From an uncultured Rhodospirillaceae bacterium (GTDB lineage: Bacteria > Pseudomonadota > Alphaproteobacteria > UBA11136): a DNA stretch of 64,000 nt. The notes under the pieces are model-generated. The model did not search any database, had not been told where the DNA came from, and saw only the letters and a program-made list of their open reading frames with translations. Positions 1-9,098 of the stretch are shown in pieces (position 1 is the first letter of the stretch; each line of letters starts with the position of its first letter). The stretch is from assembly GCA_964482135.1 (NCBI GenBank), contig CAYZWF010000006.1:4438-68437 (forward strand), read 5' to 3'. The position numbers and the translations under genes are program-made.

Positions 1-343
1 GTCGCTGGACAACCGGGACGTCATTTCCTTCGAGGCTATCTGCGAAAGCATTGATATGTACTACCGCCTCTGTCTCCTGCTGGAGGGCAACCGCGTTTAC
101 CGGAACCAGGTGATGTACGGCGAACCACATTTGAGCAAATATGACCTCTATCCCACGCTCGGAGGAAGTGCCGATGCGTATTTTGAGGTCGGAGACATCC
201 TTTGGCTGATGTCACTGGCCGACGGCAGCCGTGACCTGTTGGCTGTCGCCGAACGCAGTGGATCGAAGTTTGATCGTTTGGCGGAACTTGCCCAACTCTG
301 TGTCGAAGCTGGCCTTCTGAAGGAGGAAGAGGCGAAGCTCTAG
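1..343 (+). CDS. Hypothetical protein, C-terminal fragment (5' end lies outside the window)
   Basis: Open frame runs from the window edge to a stop at 343. The M at 56 is probably internal. No family recognised from the sequence. Confidence 0.35.
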   Translation, partial: SLDNRDVISFEAICESIDMYYRLCLLLEGNRVYRNQVMYGEPHLSKYDLYPTLGGSADAYFEVGDILWLMSLADGSRDLLAVAERSGSKFDRLAELAQLCVEAGLLKEEEAKL

Positions 344-1137
344 GCGTCGCGTAGTTTAATCCGGTAGAGCATTCCTTCGGCTTTTCCAGCCTTGATCACG
401 TCGGCGGTGGCATCAAACAGAAGGCTGGCCTCGATGGTCCGCAACCCGTTTCCTTCTCCCGGGCGGCAGCCTTTATAGAGCCCTGCTTGCCAAAGGTGTT
501 CCTCCATGGGCGTGACATAGGTCTCCACACCTTTGTCGAGATCGCGGACGAAAAGGCCGAAGGTGCGTTCCTCGGAATGTCCCGCCGCATCGGTAAAGGG
601 GCCCGTGAAAGTCTTGTGATAGCGGTAAGGGACGTCAAGGGCCTCTTCCACGTAATGGTGGAAGGTCATGCTGCTTTGATCGGGAAGATCGAGGACAGCG
701 ATCTTGCCGCCGCCACGGTGAAGCAATCCGAACGGGGAATCGGCGCCATAGCCGCTAAAATTGACAACGCCTTCGAATTCCTGCGCACGGGCGCCGATGA
801 CGGCGAAAGAATAAATGGGGTGTCCGGTGCGCACGGCTTCCCGATGCTGCCGACCGGCCTCCGTCAGTGATCCCATATGTGAGGGGGTTGAGCGAATGTC
901 GAAGGGAACGCCCCTTGTAAAATCGAAATTGAAAAGTGGGAGAAGCAGCGTGCCTTCGGGCCCGAGCGCCGAAAGAAAAGATTCCAGAACGGCCGCCGTA
1001 TCAACTTGGGAGTCCTGTTGGTGGTATCGGTGCAGTGTTTTTATCAAGCTGCTGTGCAGCAACACCATGTCCCCGGATTCGATCCCACTATCGTGCCAAC
1101 CGGCAACGAGGGCCTTAATCGATGCGGTCATGGGCAT
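340..1137 (-). CDS. AAC(3)-family (aminoglycoside N3-acetyltransferase-like) N-acetyltransferase, likely sugar N-acetylation
   Basis: 265 aa. Has a 'VLLHSSL' motif and a length typical of the Antibiotic_NAT/AAC(3) fold. It is transcribed divergently from the NeuB-like gene. Confidence 0.55.
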   Translation of the reverse strand: MPMTASIKALVAGWHDSGIESGDMVLLHSSLIKTLHRYHQQDSQVDTAAVLESFLSALGPEGTLLLPLFNFDFTRGVPFDIRSTPSHMGSLTEAGRQHREAVRTGHPIYSFAVIGARAQEFEGVVNFSGYGADSPFGLLHRGGGKIAVLDLPDQSSMTFHHYVEEALDVPYRYHKTFTGPFTDAAGHSEERTFGLFVRDLDKGVETYVTPMEEHLWQAGLYKGCRPGEGNGLRTIEASLLFDATADVIKAGKAEGMLYRIKLRDA

Positions 1138-1398
1138 GTCACCATACCGATGTTATGAGGAGAGAGCGCCTAACTTTCCGGGACAAGCTTGCCATAATTT
1201 GCGGCAACCCGGCGCAGGAAATCATGACTGTGGCGAAAGAAAACATGGATGATGTGTCTCCAGGAAAACTGCGGGAAAGAGTGTTACCTTGGAATCGGGG
1301 TCTCCTCCAATGAAAATAACCATGAGCACGCGGGGAATGGACAGAGATGAATCGATGACATATTGGAAGCTGGTTCGATCTTCCGTGCGCGTGTGGGC

Positions 1399-2481
1399 AT
1401 GAAGTTGGCAGACCTGAACATTGCCGGCCGCCCCATCGGGCCTGCGCACCCGCCTTTCGTGATCGCCGAAATGTCAGGGAACCACAACGGCGATTTGGAG
1501 CGCGCCCTTGCCATCATGGAAGCGGCAAAAAATGCTGGCGCTGATGCCGTCAAGCTCCAGACCTATACCGCCGATACTATCACCATCGACCATGATGGCC
1601 CGGAGTTCCGTATTAAAGGTGGTCCGTGGGACGGACGCAGACTTTACGATCTCTACCAGGAAGCCCACACGCCCTGGGACTGGCATGAGGCTCTTTTTGA
1701 CAAAGGGCGGGAGCTTGGGCTGATCGTCTTCAGCTCTCCCTTTGACGAAACGGCGGTGGATTTTCTGGAAAAATTGGATTGCTCCGCCTACAAGATTGCT
1801 TCCTTCGAAGCGGTGGACCTGCCATTGATCGCCCGTGTCGCGGCGACGGGAAAGCCATTGATCATTTCCACCGGCATGGCGAACCGGGAAGAGATCGATG
1901 CGGCGGTTCGTGGCGCGCGTGAAAATGGCGCCGGCGGACTGGCGCTGTTGCATTGTGTCAGCGCCTATCCGGCGCTGCCGGAAGAAGCCAACCTGCGGAC
2001 GATCCCCCATATGATGTCCAGCTTCGAAACAGTGGTGGGTTTGTCCGATCACACGCCCGGTATTGGCGTTGCCGTGGCCTCGGTTGCATTTGGGGCCTGC
2101 CTCATTGAAAAGCACTTCACCTTGAGCCGTGATGACGGGGGGCCCGATGCGGCGTTTTCCCTGGAACCGCCGGAGTTACAAGCCCTGACACGGGAATGCC
2201 GTGCTGCCTGGGAGGCGCTGGGTGACGTGTGTTACGAACGGACACCCGGCGAAAAAGGCAATATTCTCTTTCGGCGCTCTCTCTATGTGGTGAAGGACAT
2301 TGCACAGGGTGAGGCGTTTACGGAAAAAAATATTCGCTCTATCCGCCCCGGCCACGGACTTCCGCCCAAGCATTACGGAGAGATTCTAGGACGCAAGGCC
2401 AAACATGCGCTTGCAAGGGGCGTGGCCCTGCAATGGCCAGATATTGAAGAAACGGAAACAAAGAATGCGGAAAAACCATGA
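1399..2481 (+). CDS. NeuB/PseI/LegI-family nonulosonic acid (sialic/pseudaminic/legionaminic acid) synthase
   Basis: The N-terminus reads 'LNIAGRPIGPAHPPFVIAEMSGNHNG' (TIM-barrel PEP-condensing motif). The C-terminus is a SAF domain ('IRSIRPGHGLPPKHYGEILGRKA'). Track ORF is 1363..2481; M13 (MKLADL) was taken as the start. Confidence 0.8.
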   Translation: MKLADLNIAGRPIGPAHPPFVIAEMSGNHNGDLERALAIMEAAKNAGADAVKLQTYTADTITIDHDGPEFRIKGGPWDGRRLYDLYQEAHTPWDWHEALFDKGRELGLIVFSSPFDETAVDFLEKLDCSAYKIASFEAVDLPLIARVAATGKPLIISTGMANREEIDAAVRGARENGAGGLALLHCVSAYPALPEEANLRTIPHMMSSFETVVGLSDHTPGIGVAVASVAFGACLIEKHFTLSRDDGGPDAAFSLEPPELQALTRECRAAWEALGDVCYERTPGEKGNILFRRSLYVVKDIAQGEAFTEKNIRSIRPGHGLPPKHYGEILGRKAKHALARGVALQWPDIEETETKNAEKP

Positions 2482-3107
2482 CTGACGACAACGTCCCCAT
2501 TGACGCCTGGAAGGGTAAATTCGGTGACGACTATGCGGCGCGAAACCGCGCCACCGGAGAAGCCGTGGGCAATGTGGCGCGCGCCTTTGCGGAAATTTTT
2601 TCTCATGTGAAGGACAGTCCGCCGACGTCCATTCTCGAAGTGGGTGCCAATATCGGCATCAACCTGAGGGCATTGGCGGGAATCACTGACGCCGAGCTCT
2701 TTGCCGTGGAGCCAAATGCCAGCGCCCGCGAACAGCTTGTGGCCGATAAGGTGCTGCCGCAAGACCGCCTGTTCGACGCCGTGGCCACAAAACTTCCTCT
2801 CGATGACGGGGCCGTGGACCTTATCTTTACTTCCGGTGTTCTGATTCATGTGCCGCCCGAGGATCTTGAAACGGCCTATGGCGAAATCCACCGGGTGGCG
2901 GCGCGTTATATTCTGTCCATCGAATATTTCTCTTCCACGCCGGTGAGCATCCCCTATCGCGGCCATGAGGGCCTGTTGTTCAAACGCGATTTCGGCGGCA
3001 TGTGGCTTGATCTCTTCCCCGCTCTCGAGCCCGTGGCCAACGGCTTCTTCTGGAAGCGAACCGCGGGTCTTGATGACGTCAACTGGTGGCTTTTCAGAAA
3101 ACCTTGA
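2478..3107 (+). CDS. Small class I SAM-dependent methyltransferase (pseudaminic-acid-biosynthesis-associated methylase type, tentative)
   Basis: 209 aa. Motif I-like 'ILEVGANIGINL' and motif 'VDLIFTSGVLIHV'. Its start overlaps the NeuB-like stop (ATGA coupling). Confidence 0.55.
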   Translation: MTDDNVPIDAWKGKFGDDYAARNRATGEAVGNVARAFAEIFSHVKDSPPTSILEVGANIGINLRALAGITDAELFAVEPNASAREQLVADKVLPQDRLFDAVATKLPLDDGAVDLIFTSGVLIHVPPEDLETAYGEIHRVAARYILSIEYFSSTPVSIPYRGHEGLLFKRDFGGMWLDLFPALEPVANGFFWKRTAGLDDVNWWLFRKP

Positions 3108-4237
3108 ATACGTCTCTCTGCCGTATCCTGTTCTTCCTGCCCGATCTCGACGGCGGGGGGTCGCAGCGCACCCTGGTCAATCTGGCCGGGGCCCTTCCGC
3201 GCGACCGTTTTACCGCCACCCTGGCCGCCGGGCGCAGTGACGGTCCGGCGCGAGACTGGCTCGCCGGCCATGTGCCGTTGGTGGATTTGAATGCGCCGCG
3301 CCTGCGCTGGACGCTCACCCCTCTGCGTGGGCGTGTGAAGCGCGAGCGTCCCCATATCCTGTTTTCCTCCATGCCCGACGCCAATGTGGCGGCCTCTCTG
3401 GCGGTGGCGGGCCTGCGGTCGCGTCCCGGGCTTATCCTGCGCGAGACCAATTCACACCGCCATCGTGGTGATCTCAGCTGGCTGCGGCGCAAGCTGATCG
3501 GATGGGCCTACGGGCGGGCTGACGCCGTGGTGGCCCTGTCGGAGGGCGTTCGCGAAGAACTGGTGGAAGATTGCGCCCTCGATCCCGGACGCACGGTCAC
3601 CATCCACAATCCCGTGGACGTGGGAGGCATCGCCGCGGCGACGAGAGCCGTAAAGGACAGTATCCAGGAAGTCCCCCTAAACGGCCCCCTGATTGTGGGC
3701 TGTGGGCGGCTGCACCGGCAGAAGGGCTTCGATCTTCTCATTGAGGCCTTCGCCGATCTTGATGATGCCAGGGCGCGGCTTGTGATTCTCGGCGAGGGGT
3801 CGGAGCGCGAGGCGCTGGAAGCCCTTGCCCGGTCTCGTGGCGTGGCCGACCGGGTGTTGATGCCGGGCTTCGAGAGTCATCCCGAAAAATGGCTCGCCCA
3901 GGCCACTCTTTTTGTCCTGCCGTCGCGCTGGGAAGGGTTTGGTCATGTGTTGGTGGAAGCGCTGGCTGCGGGAGTTCCGGTGGTTTCGGCATGGGCGCCT
4001 CACGGCCCCGCCGATATTCTCGACGACGGCGAGACCGGCCTGATGGTGCCCACAGGGAACGCCGCAGCTTTGGGCGCGGCCATCGACCGTCTTCTTATCG
4101 ATAAGGGGCTGCGGGGGCGCCTGGCCGAGGCCGGGCGCAAGACGGCGGAGCGTTTTTCGCTGCCGGTGATCGCCGAACGTTATGCCGACCTTATTGAGAA
4201 CGTAGCCGCAAAGAACCCAGTCGGGGAAAGTTCCTAG
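3086..4237 (+). CDS. Glycosyltransferase family 4 (GT-B, retaining)
   Basis: N-terminus 'ILFFLPDLDGGGSQRTL'. C-terminus 'EGFGHVLVEALAAGVPVV' (E-X7-E-type GT4 motif). The true start may lie slightly downstream of 3086. Confidence 0.8.
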   Translation: MAFQKTLNTSLCRILFFLPDLDGGGSQRTLVNLAGALPRDRFTATLAAGRSDGPARDWLAGHVPLVDLNAPRLRWTLTPLRGRVKRERPHILFSSMPDANVAASLAVAGLRSRPGLILRETNSHRHRGDLSWLRRKLIGWAYGRADAVVALSEGVREELVEDCALDPGRTVTIHNPVDVGGIAAATRAVKDSIQEVPLNGPLIVGCGRLHRQKGFDLLIEAFADLDDARARLVILGEGSEREALEALARSRGVADRVLMPGFESHPEKWLAQATLFVLPSRWEGFGHVLVEALAAGVPVVSAWAPHGPADILDDGETGLMVPTGNAAALGAAIDRLLIDKGLRGRLAEAGRKTAERFSLPVIAERYADLIENVAAKNPVGESS

Positions 4238-4242
4238 ATTCC

Positions 4243-6054
4243 ATGTGTGGACTCGCCGCCTTGTTCGATCCGGGGCACCGTTTCGATCCTGCTCTTTTGG
4301 CCGGGATGGAAGACGACCTGTTTCATCGCGGCCCCGATTCCGGCGGCATTGTGTCGGAGCCTGGTTTGGCGCTGGTGTTCCGGAGGCTGGCCATTCTCGA
4401 TCCGGGGTCACAGGCCGACCAGCCCATGAGCGATGCTTCGGGTCGCTGCAGCCTGGTCTTCAACGGTGAGATATATAATTACCGTGCCCTGCGCCAGGCT
4501 CTGGAGCAGGAAGGCGTGCGCCTGCGTACCAGCGGCGACACGGAAGCGGTGCTCGAAGGCTATTTGCACTGGGGCGAGGATGTGCTGAACCGGCTGGAGG
4601 GCATGTTCGCCTTCTGTCTTGTGGACCGGGAGCGTGGCGTGGCGCTGGCGGCGCGTGATCCCCTGGGCATCAAGCCGCTTTATATGATGCATAGCGGGAC
4701 CACGGTGGCTTTCGCCAGCGAAATGCGGCCGCTGTTTCGCCTTCGGCCGCCACAGGTGGATGAGGCGGCGCTGGCGGAGCTCGTCACCTTTGGCTGGGCG
4801 GCGGGACGGTTAAGCAATTGCAAAGGCATCGAACACCTTCCCGGCGGCACACTGGTGACGATACCGCTGGCCGGGGGTGTTCCGGCGGAGCGGCGCTATT
4901 GCGACCCCCTGGAGACATTGTGTCGCGATCCCGAGTTGAACCGGGCCGATGCCGAAGAACAGGTGTCTGAGGCACTGGAAGAATCGGTGAAGGCGCATCT
5001 GGCCAGTGACGTGGGCTATGCCATGCAGCTTTCCGGTGGCGTGGATTCGAGTCTGGTGGCGGCCCTGGCCCAGGGCGAAACCGCTGGCAGGCTTACCTCC
5101 TTTGCGGTTTCGCTGGGCGATCACCCTTATGACGAGGGACACTATCGGGACATGGTGGTGCAACGCTATGGTCTCGATCATCACGAAGTTGCGGTTTCCG
5201 CCGCCGATTATGCCCAGGCGCTGCCGCGCGCGGTACGCCACATGGAAGGACCGCTTCCCCACGGCGGCTGTGTCACCCTGATGTTGTTATGTGAACGCAT
5301 CCGCAAGCATACCAAGGTAGTGCTGACCGGCGAGGGGGCCGACGAGATGTTCGGCGGCTATCAACGCTATGGGATATGGAACAAGACCCAGTGGCAGGAA
5401 CGGCTGGGGCGGTTTTTGCCGACGCGGTTTTTGCCGCCTTTGTGGCCGGTAGCGGGAATGCGGCGCATGGGCGGTCTCGATGCTGCAGCTTACGCTTCGG
5501 TCTATCATGATTTCCAGGCGGTCCAGAAGGTGTTCCCCGGCCTGGTGCCGGAACCGGGCGCGCGGGAGGCGGCAAGCCGCCGTTTCTCCGATTTCCGCGA
5601 CCGCCTGTTTGCCGTGGACCAGGCTGCCTATCTCGAATCACTTTTGGTGCGCCAGGACAAGATGAGCATGGCGGCCTCGGTGGAAGCGCGGGTGCCTTTC
5701 GTTCATATGCCGTTGCTGCGCCTCGTCAACAGCCTGCCCCACGCCCTGCGCGCGCCGGGAGGTGATACCAAGCCGTTGCTCAAGCGTATGGCCGAGCGCC
5801 ATCTTCCCCATGATCTTATCCATCGCCGCAAGATCGGCCTGTGGCTGCCCTACGAGGAATGGTTCGCCGACGCCAAAGGTGCGGGGGGGTATCTCGACGA
5901 CCTGACGGGGCCCGACTCGCGGCTGGCGGCCTATGCCGAGAAAGGAAAGTTAACGGCGCTGGTGGACGGGTGCCGTGCCGGCGCCCGTTCTGCGGGGCTG
6001 GTGCTGGAACGGCTTGTGGGCGTGGAGTTATGGTTGCGCTCCCTGGCCGGATAA
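4243..6054 (+). CDS. Asparagine synthetase B-family glutamine amidotransferase (WbpS/PseA-like amidotransferase candidate)
   Basis: 603 aa. N-terminal nucleophile 'MCGLAALFD'. Synthetase-domain PP-loop 'QLSGGVDSS'. Confidence 0.85.
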   Translation: MCGLAALFDPGHRFDPALLAGMEDDLFHRGPDSGGIVSEPGLALVFRRLAILDPGSQADQPMSDASGRCSLVFNGEIYNYRALRQALEQEGVRLRTSGDTEAVLEGYLHWGEDVLNRLEGMFAFCLVDRERGVALAARDPLGIKPLYMMHSGTTVAFASEMRPLFRLRPPQVDEAALAELVTFGWAAGRLSNCKGIEHLPGGTLVTIPLAGGVPAERRYCDPLETLCRDPELNRADAEEQVSEALEESVKAHLASDVGYAMQLSGGVDSSLVAALAQGETAGRLTSFAVSLGDHPYDEGHYRDMVVQRYGLDHHEVAVSAADYAQALPRAVRHMEGPLPHGGCVTLMLLCERIRKHTKVVLTGEGADEMFGGYQRYGIWNKTQWQERLGRFLPTRFLPPLWPVAGMRRMGGLDAAAYASVYHDFQAVQKVFPGLVPEPGAREAASRRFSDFRDRLFAVDQAAYLESLLVRQDKMSMAASVEARVPFVHMPLLRLVNSLPHALRAPGGDTKPLLKRMAERHLPHDLIHRRKIGLWLPYEEWFADAKGAGGYLDDLTGPDSRLAAYAEKGKLTALVDGCRAGARSAGLVLERLVGVELWLRSLAG

Positions 6055-6072
6055 AGGATAGCTTCTCTCACC

Positions 6073-7464
6073 ATGTGGAAAGAAACCCTTTTATCGCCTT
6101 CCCTGTCGTCTTCCCCGGGCTTATTATCCTGGCGGACCATGTTTATCATCTGGGAGGTGGCGGTGGTGGTGCGGATGGTCAACCTGGCCGCCATGCCCAT
6201 GGAGCCGGGGCTTCTTCTGGGCGAGGATGCGTGGCTCTACTGGGCCAATGCCCTTTCCCTGTTGGAACACGGAACTTTCGCGGATACTGCCAGTTCGGGC
6301 CGCATGCCCGGCTATTTTCTGCTATTGGCGGGGCTGATGGGCGTGTTCGGGCCGTCGCTCTTTGCGGTGCTGGCGGTTCAGGCCCTGCTCGATGCCGTCA
6401 CCTGTGTCCTGGTGGGCATGATCGGCGCAAGACTGTCCATGAGCGTGGGGCTGGTGGCGGGGCTATTGGCCGCCCTCTGGCCGAACATGGTGATCATGAG
6501 CGCTTCGGTGCTGACGGACAGTTTCTTCATGCTTCCCTTCACCGCCATGCTTTACGCATTCCTGCGTTTTCTCGAAACCGGATTGACCCGTTGGGCGGGC
6601 TGGGCCGGGCTGTTTCTCGGGGGCGCCATCATGGTGCGGGCGGTTGCCCAGTATTTCCCACTTGCCATGGTGTTTCTGGTTGTGGCCGTGCCCCTGTTTC
6701 GGGAGCGCGACTGGCGCAAGGGCTTTCTCGCGGGGCTTGCCTTTCTTGTGGCTGTGGCCCTGCCCCTGGCGCCGTGGCTACAGCGCAATGTTACGCAGTT
6801 CGATAGCCTGGCCCTGACGTCGCAGGGTGGCGTGCATCTTCTATACTGGGTTGTTCCGGGGGTGCTTTCCCGGACCCAGGGTATCCAACAGGAACAGGCT
6901 GTGAAGGAGCTGCGGGAGGAATTCCAGGCCGAGATGGAATCGCGGGGGCTGGATACATCCAGTATGGATATATTCGCCCGCGACAGGGCCATGAAGGACT
7001 TTTCCCAGGCCCGGCTGGCTGAAATCCCATGGCGGGATATCACTGAATCATGGGGCTCGGGCATGACGGTTAATCTGATATCTCCCGCAATTGCCGCCGA
7101 TCCGCGCGCACGCGCCATGCCCCATCCCAGTTTTATCGGCACCTCCCACCTCGACCTCCTATCGCGAATTACTCTCTATGTACAGGAGGCGTCGCCGGTC
7201 TATCTGGCGGTGGTCGCCGTTGGCATAATCGGCGCCGTTCTGGCTTCCCTGCTCCAGATATACGGTTTTGTCCTGCTTTCCCGGGTCTCGGGATGGGTGG
7301 CGATTCTGAGCGTTGCGGGTATGTTGTATTTTCTGCTTATCAGCGGGCCCATCACCGCGCCTAAATACAGGTTGCCCTTCGAGCCGGTGCTGATCATCCT
7401 TCAGGCCCTGGCACTGGTGGAGTTGTGGCCGCGTTTGCGCCGCATGGCGGGAGGAAGCATATAA
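6073..7464 (+). CDS. ArnT/PMT-like (GT39/GT83-type) polytopic GT-C glycosyltransferase
   Basis: 463 aa with many TM helices. An acidic first-loop motif 'GEDAWLY' follows TM1, as in lipid-linked-sugar-dependent GT-C transferases. Confidence 0.6.
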   Translation: MWKETLLSPSLSSSPGLLSWRTMFIIWEVAVVVRMVNLAAMPMEPGLLLGEDAWLYWANALSLLEHGTFADTASSGRMPGYFLLLAGLMGVFGPSLFAVLAVQALLDAVTCVLVGMIGARLSMSVGLVAGLLAALWPNMVIMSASVLTDSFFMLPFTAMLYAFLRFLETGLTRWAGWAGLFLGGAIMVRAVAQYFPLAMVFLVVAVPLFRERDWRKGFLAGLAFLVAVALPLAPWLQRNVTQFDSLALTSQGGVHLLYWVVPGVLSRTQGIQQEQAVKELREEFQAEMESRGLDTSSMDIFARDRAMKDFSQARLAEIPWRDITESWGSGMTVNLISPAIAADPRARAMPHPSFIGTSHLDLLSRITLYVQEASPVYLAVVAVGIIGAVLASLLQIYGFVLLSRVSGWVAILSVAGMLYFLLISGPITAPKYRLPFEPVLIILQALALVELWPRLRRMAGGSI

Positions 7465-7483
7465 CGGGGGGAAATATCCGGGA

Positions 7484-8005
7484 ATGGTGATCTGGATTAC
7501 CGGACTTTCAGGCGCCGGCAAGACAACGCTGGCTACGGCGCTCTACGAGGCCATGAAGCCTGCCCTGCCCACCCTGGTGCGGATTGATGGTGACGAGGTG
7601 CGGGCGCTTTTCGGCAACTCCCTGGGCTTTGCCGAATCCGACCGCCGCCTTCAGATTCAACGTCTGCAGAGTCTCGCCACTATACTGGACGGCCAGGGTC
7701 TCACCGTGATCGTGGCGGCTCTTTACGCCCATCCCGAATTGCTGGCCTGGAACCGGGATCATTTTTCCGATTATTTCGAGGTCTATCTCGAGGCCTCGCT
7801 GGAGCTGGTGCGCAGCCGCGATCCCAAGGGACTGTACGCCAAGGCGGATTCCGGCGATATGCCTGATGTGGTGGGGGTGGACGTGCCGTGGCACGTGCCG
7901 GACAATCCCCACATGACGGTGACGGCGGGGGACGATCTCGATACGGGCGTGGTGGCGCGCGATATCATGGACCGCCTATCTTCTCTGAGCGGGACCGGGA
8001 AATAA
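7484..8005 (+). CDS. cysC: Adenylyl-sulfate (APS) kinase
   Basis: 173 aa. P-loop 'ITGLSGAGKTTLA'. Length is typical of stand-alone CysC. Confidence 0.85.
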   Translation: MVIWITGLSGAGKTTLATALYEAMKPALPTLVRIDGDEVRALFGNSLGFAESDRRLQIQRLQSLATILDGQGLTVIVAALYAHPELLAWNRDHFSDYFEVYLEASLELVRSRDPKGLYAKADSGDMPDVVGVDVPWHVPDNPHMTVTAGDDLDTGVVARDIMDRLSSLSGTGK

Positions 8006-8015
8006 ACGGGCAGCC

Positions 8016-9098
8016 ATGAGCGAACTCGTCCTCACCCGCCCCCAGTATCTGGAGCTTGAAAAGCTCGGCCTGGGCGCCTTTCGCCCGCTCACCGGCTTCA
8101 TGAACGAAGATGAGTTCCAGGGCTCCGTGGAAACCATGCGGCTTCCCGGTGGCGCGGTCTTCCCCCTGCCCGTGGTGCTGGACGTGGATGGAGAGACGGC
8201 CACACGGCTGGAGGGCCTGCCCCGGGTGGCGCTGGTTTATGACGGCGAACAGGTGGGCGAATTGCGTCCCGAAAGCGTCTTTACCTGCGACAAGGCGGCG
8301 GTGGCCGAAAAGGTCTATGGCACCACCGATCCCGCTCATCCCGGCGTGGCGTTTTTCATGGCCGGTGGCGACCATTTCATGGGCGGTGCGGTGGCGCTGA
8401 CCAAACGCGCCACCTTCGATTTTTCCAGCGATGAACTGGCGCCCGAAGAAACCCGCGCCCTGTTTGCCGAGAAGGGGTGGCAAACCGTTGTCGGATTCCA
8501 GACCCGCAATGTGCCCCACCGCGCTCACGAATATCTGCAACGCATCGCTCTGGAACAGGTGGATGGTCTCTTCATCCAGCCCCTGGTGGGGCGTAAGAAA
8601 AAAGGCGACTACACGCCACAGGCGATCCTGCGCGGCTATCGCACCCTGATCGGGGAGTTCTATCCCGCCGACAAGGTGGCGCTGGGCATTCTCTCCACTT
8701 ATATGCGTTATGCCGGGCCGCGCGAGGCCGTATTTCATGCCCTCGTCAGGCGCAATTACGGCTGTACCCATTTCATCATCGGCCGCGATCATGCCGGGGT
8801 CGGAGATTATTACGGCACCTACGAGGCCCACGAGATGACGCGGCGCTTCGACGGCGATCTCGGGATCGAGATCATGTATCTGCACGGCCCTTATTTCTGC
8901 GGCCGTTGCGATGGCATCGTCACCGAACAGACCTGTCCCCATGAAAAAGACCTGCCCGATTCCGTTACCCATATCAGCGGCACCGACATGCGGGCTATGC
9001 TGCTTGGCGGCAAGGAGCCGGATGCCCATCTCATGCGGCCGGAGGTGATCGCCGCGCTTCAGGGAACCGAGCTGTTTATCGAGGATGACGAAACATGA
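8016..9098 (+). CDS. sat: Sulfate adenylyltransferase (ATP sulfurylase, homo-oligomeric Sat type)
   Basis: 360 aa. Has 'QTRNVPHRAHEYL' and 'IIGRDHAGVGDYYG' motifs. Its stop overlaps the next start (ATGA). Confidence 0.85.
   Translation: MSELVLTRPQYLELEKLGLGAFRPLTGFMNEDEFQGSVETMRLPGGAVFPLPVVLDVDGETATRLEGLPRVALVYDGEQVGELRPESVFTCDKAAVAEKVYGTTDPAHPGVAFFMAGGDHFMGGAVALTKRATFDFSSDELAPEETRALFAEKGWQTVVGFQTRNVPHRAHEYLQRIALEQVDGLFIQPLVGRKKKGDYTPQAILRGYRTLIGEFYPADKVALGILSTYMRYAGPREAVFHALVRRNYGCTHFIIGRDHAGVGDYYGTYEAHEMTRRFDGDLGIEIMYLHGPYFCGRCDGIVTEQTCPHEKDLPDSVTHISGTDMRAMLLGGKEPDAHLMRPEVIAALQGTELFIEDDET

Noticed and set aside
3889-4104. Small Arg/Gly-rich ORFs inside the GT4 and AsnB-like genes, for example 3889-4104, 4245-4469 and 5273-5641.
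   Set aside because: They are alternative-frame translations within well-supported coding regions, with compositional bias typical of high-GC out-of-frame reading. None has an independent RBS or conserved motif.
7965-9029. 354-aa ORF antisense to sat. Similar long antisense ORFs include 9152-10024, 25684-26802, 26775-28043, 49975-51141, 52173-54065, 59995-61932 and 62413-63435.
   Set aside because: They lie opposite well-supported conserved genes in 65% GC DNA, where stop codons are rare on the antisense strand. Their translations are low-complexity Arg/Gly/Ala/Pro-rich with no recognisable motifs.
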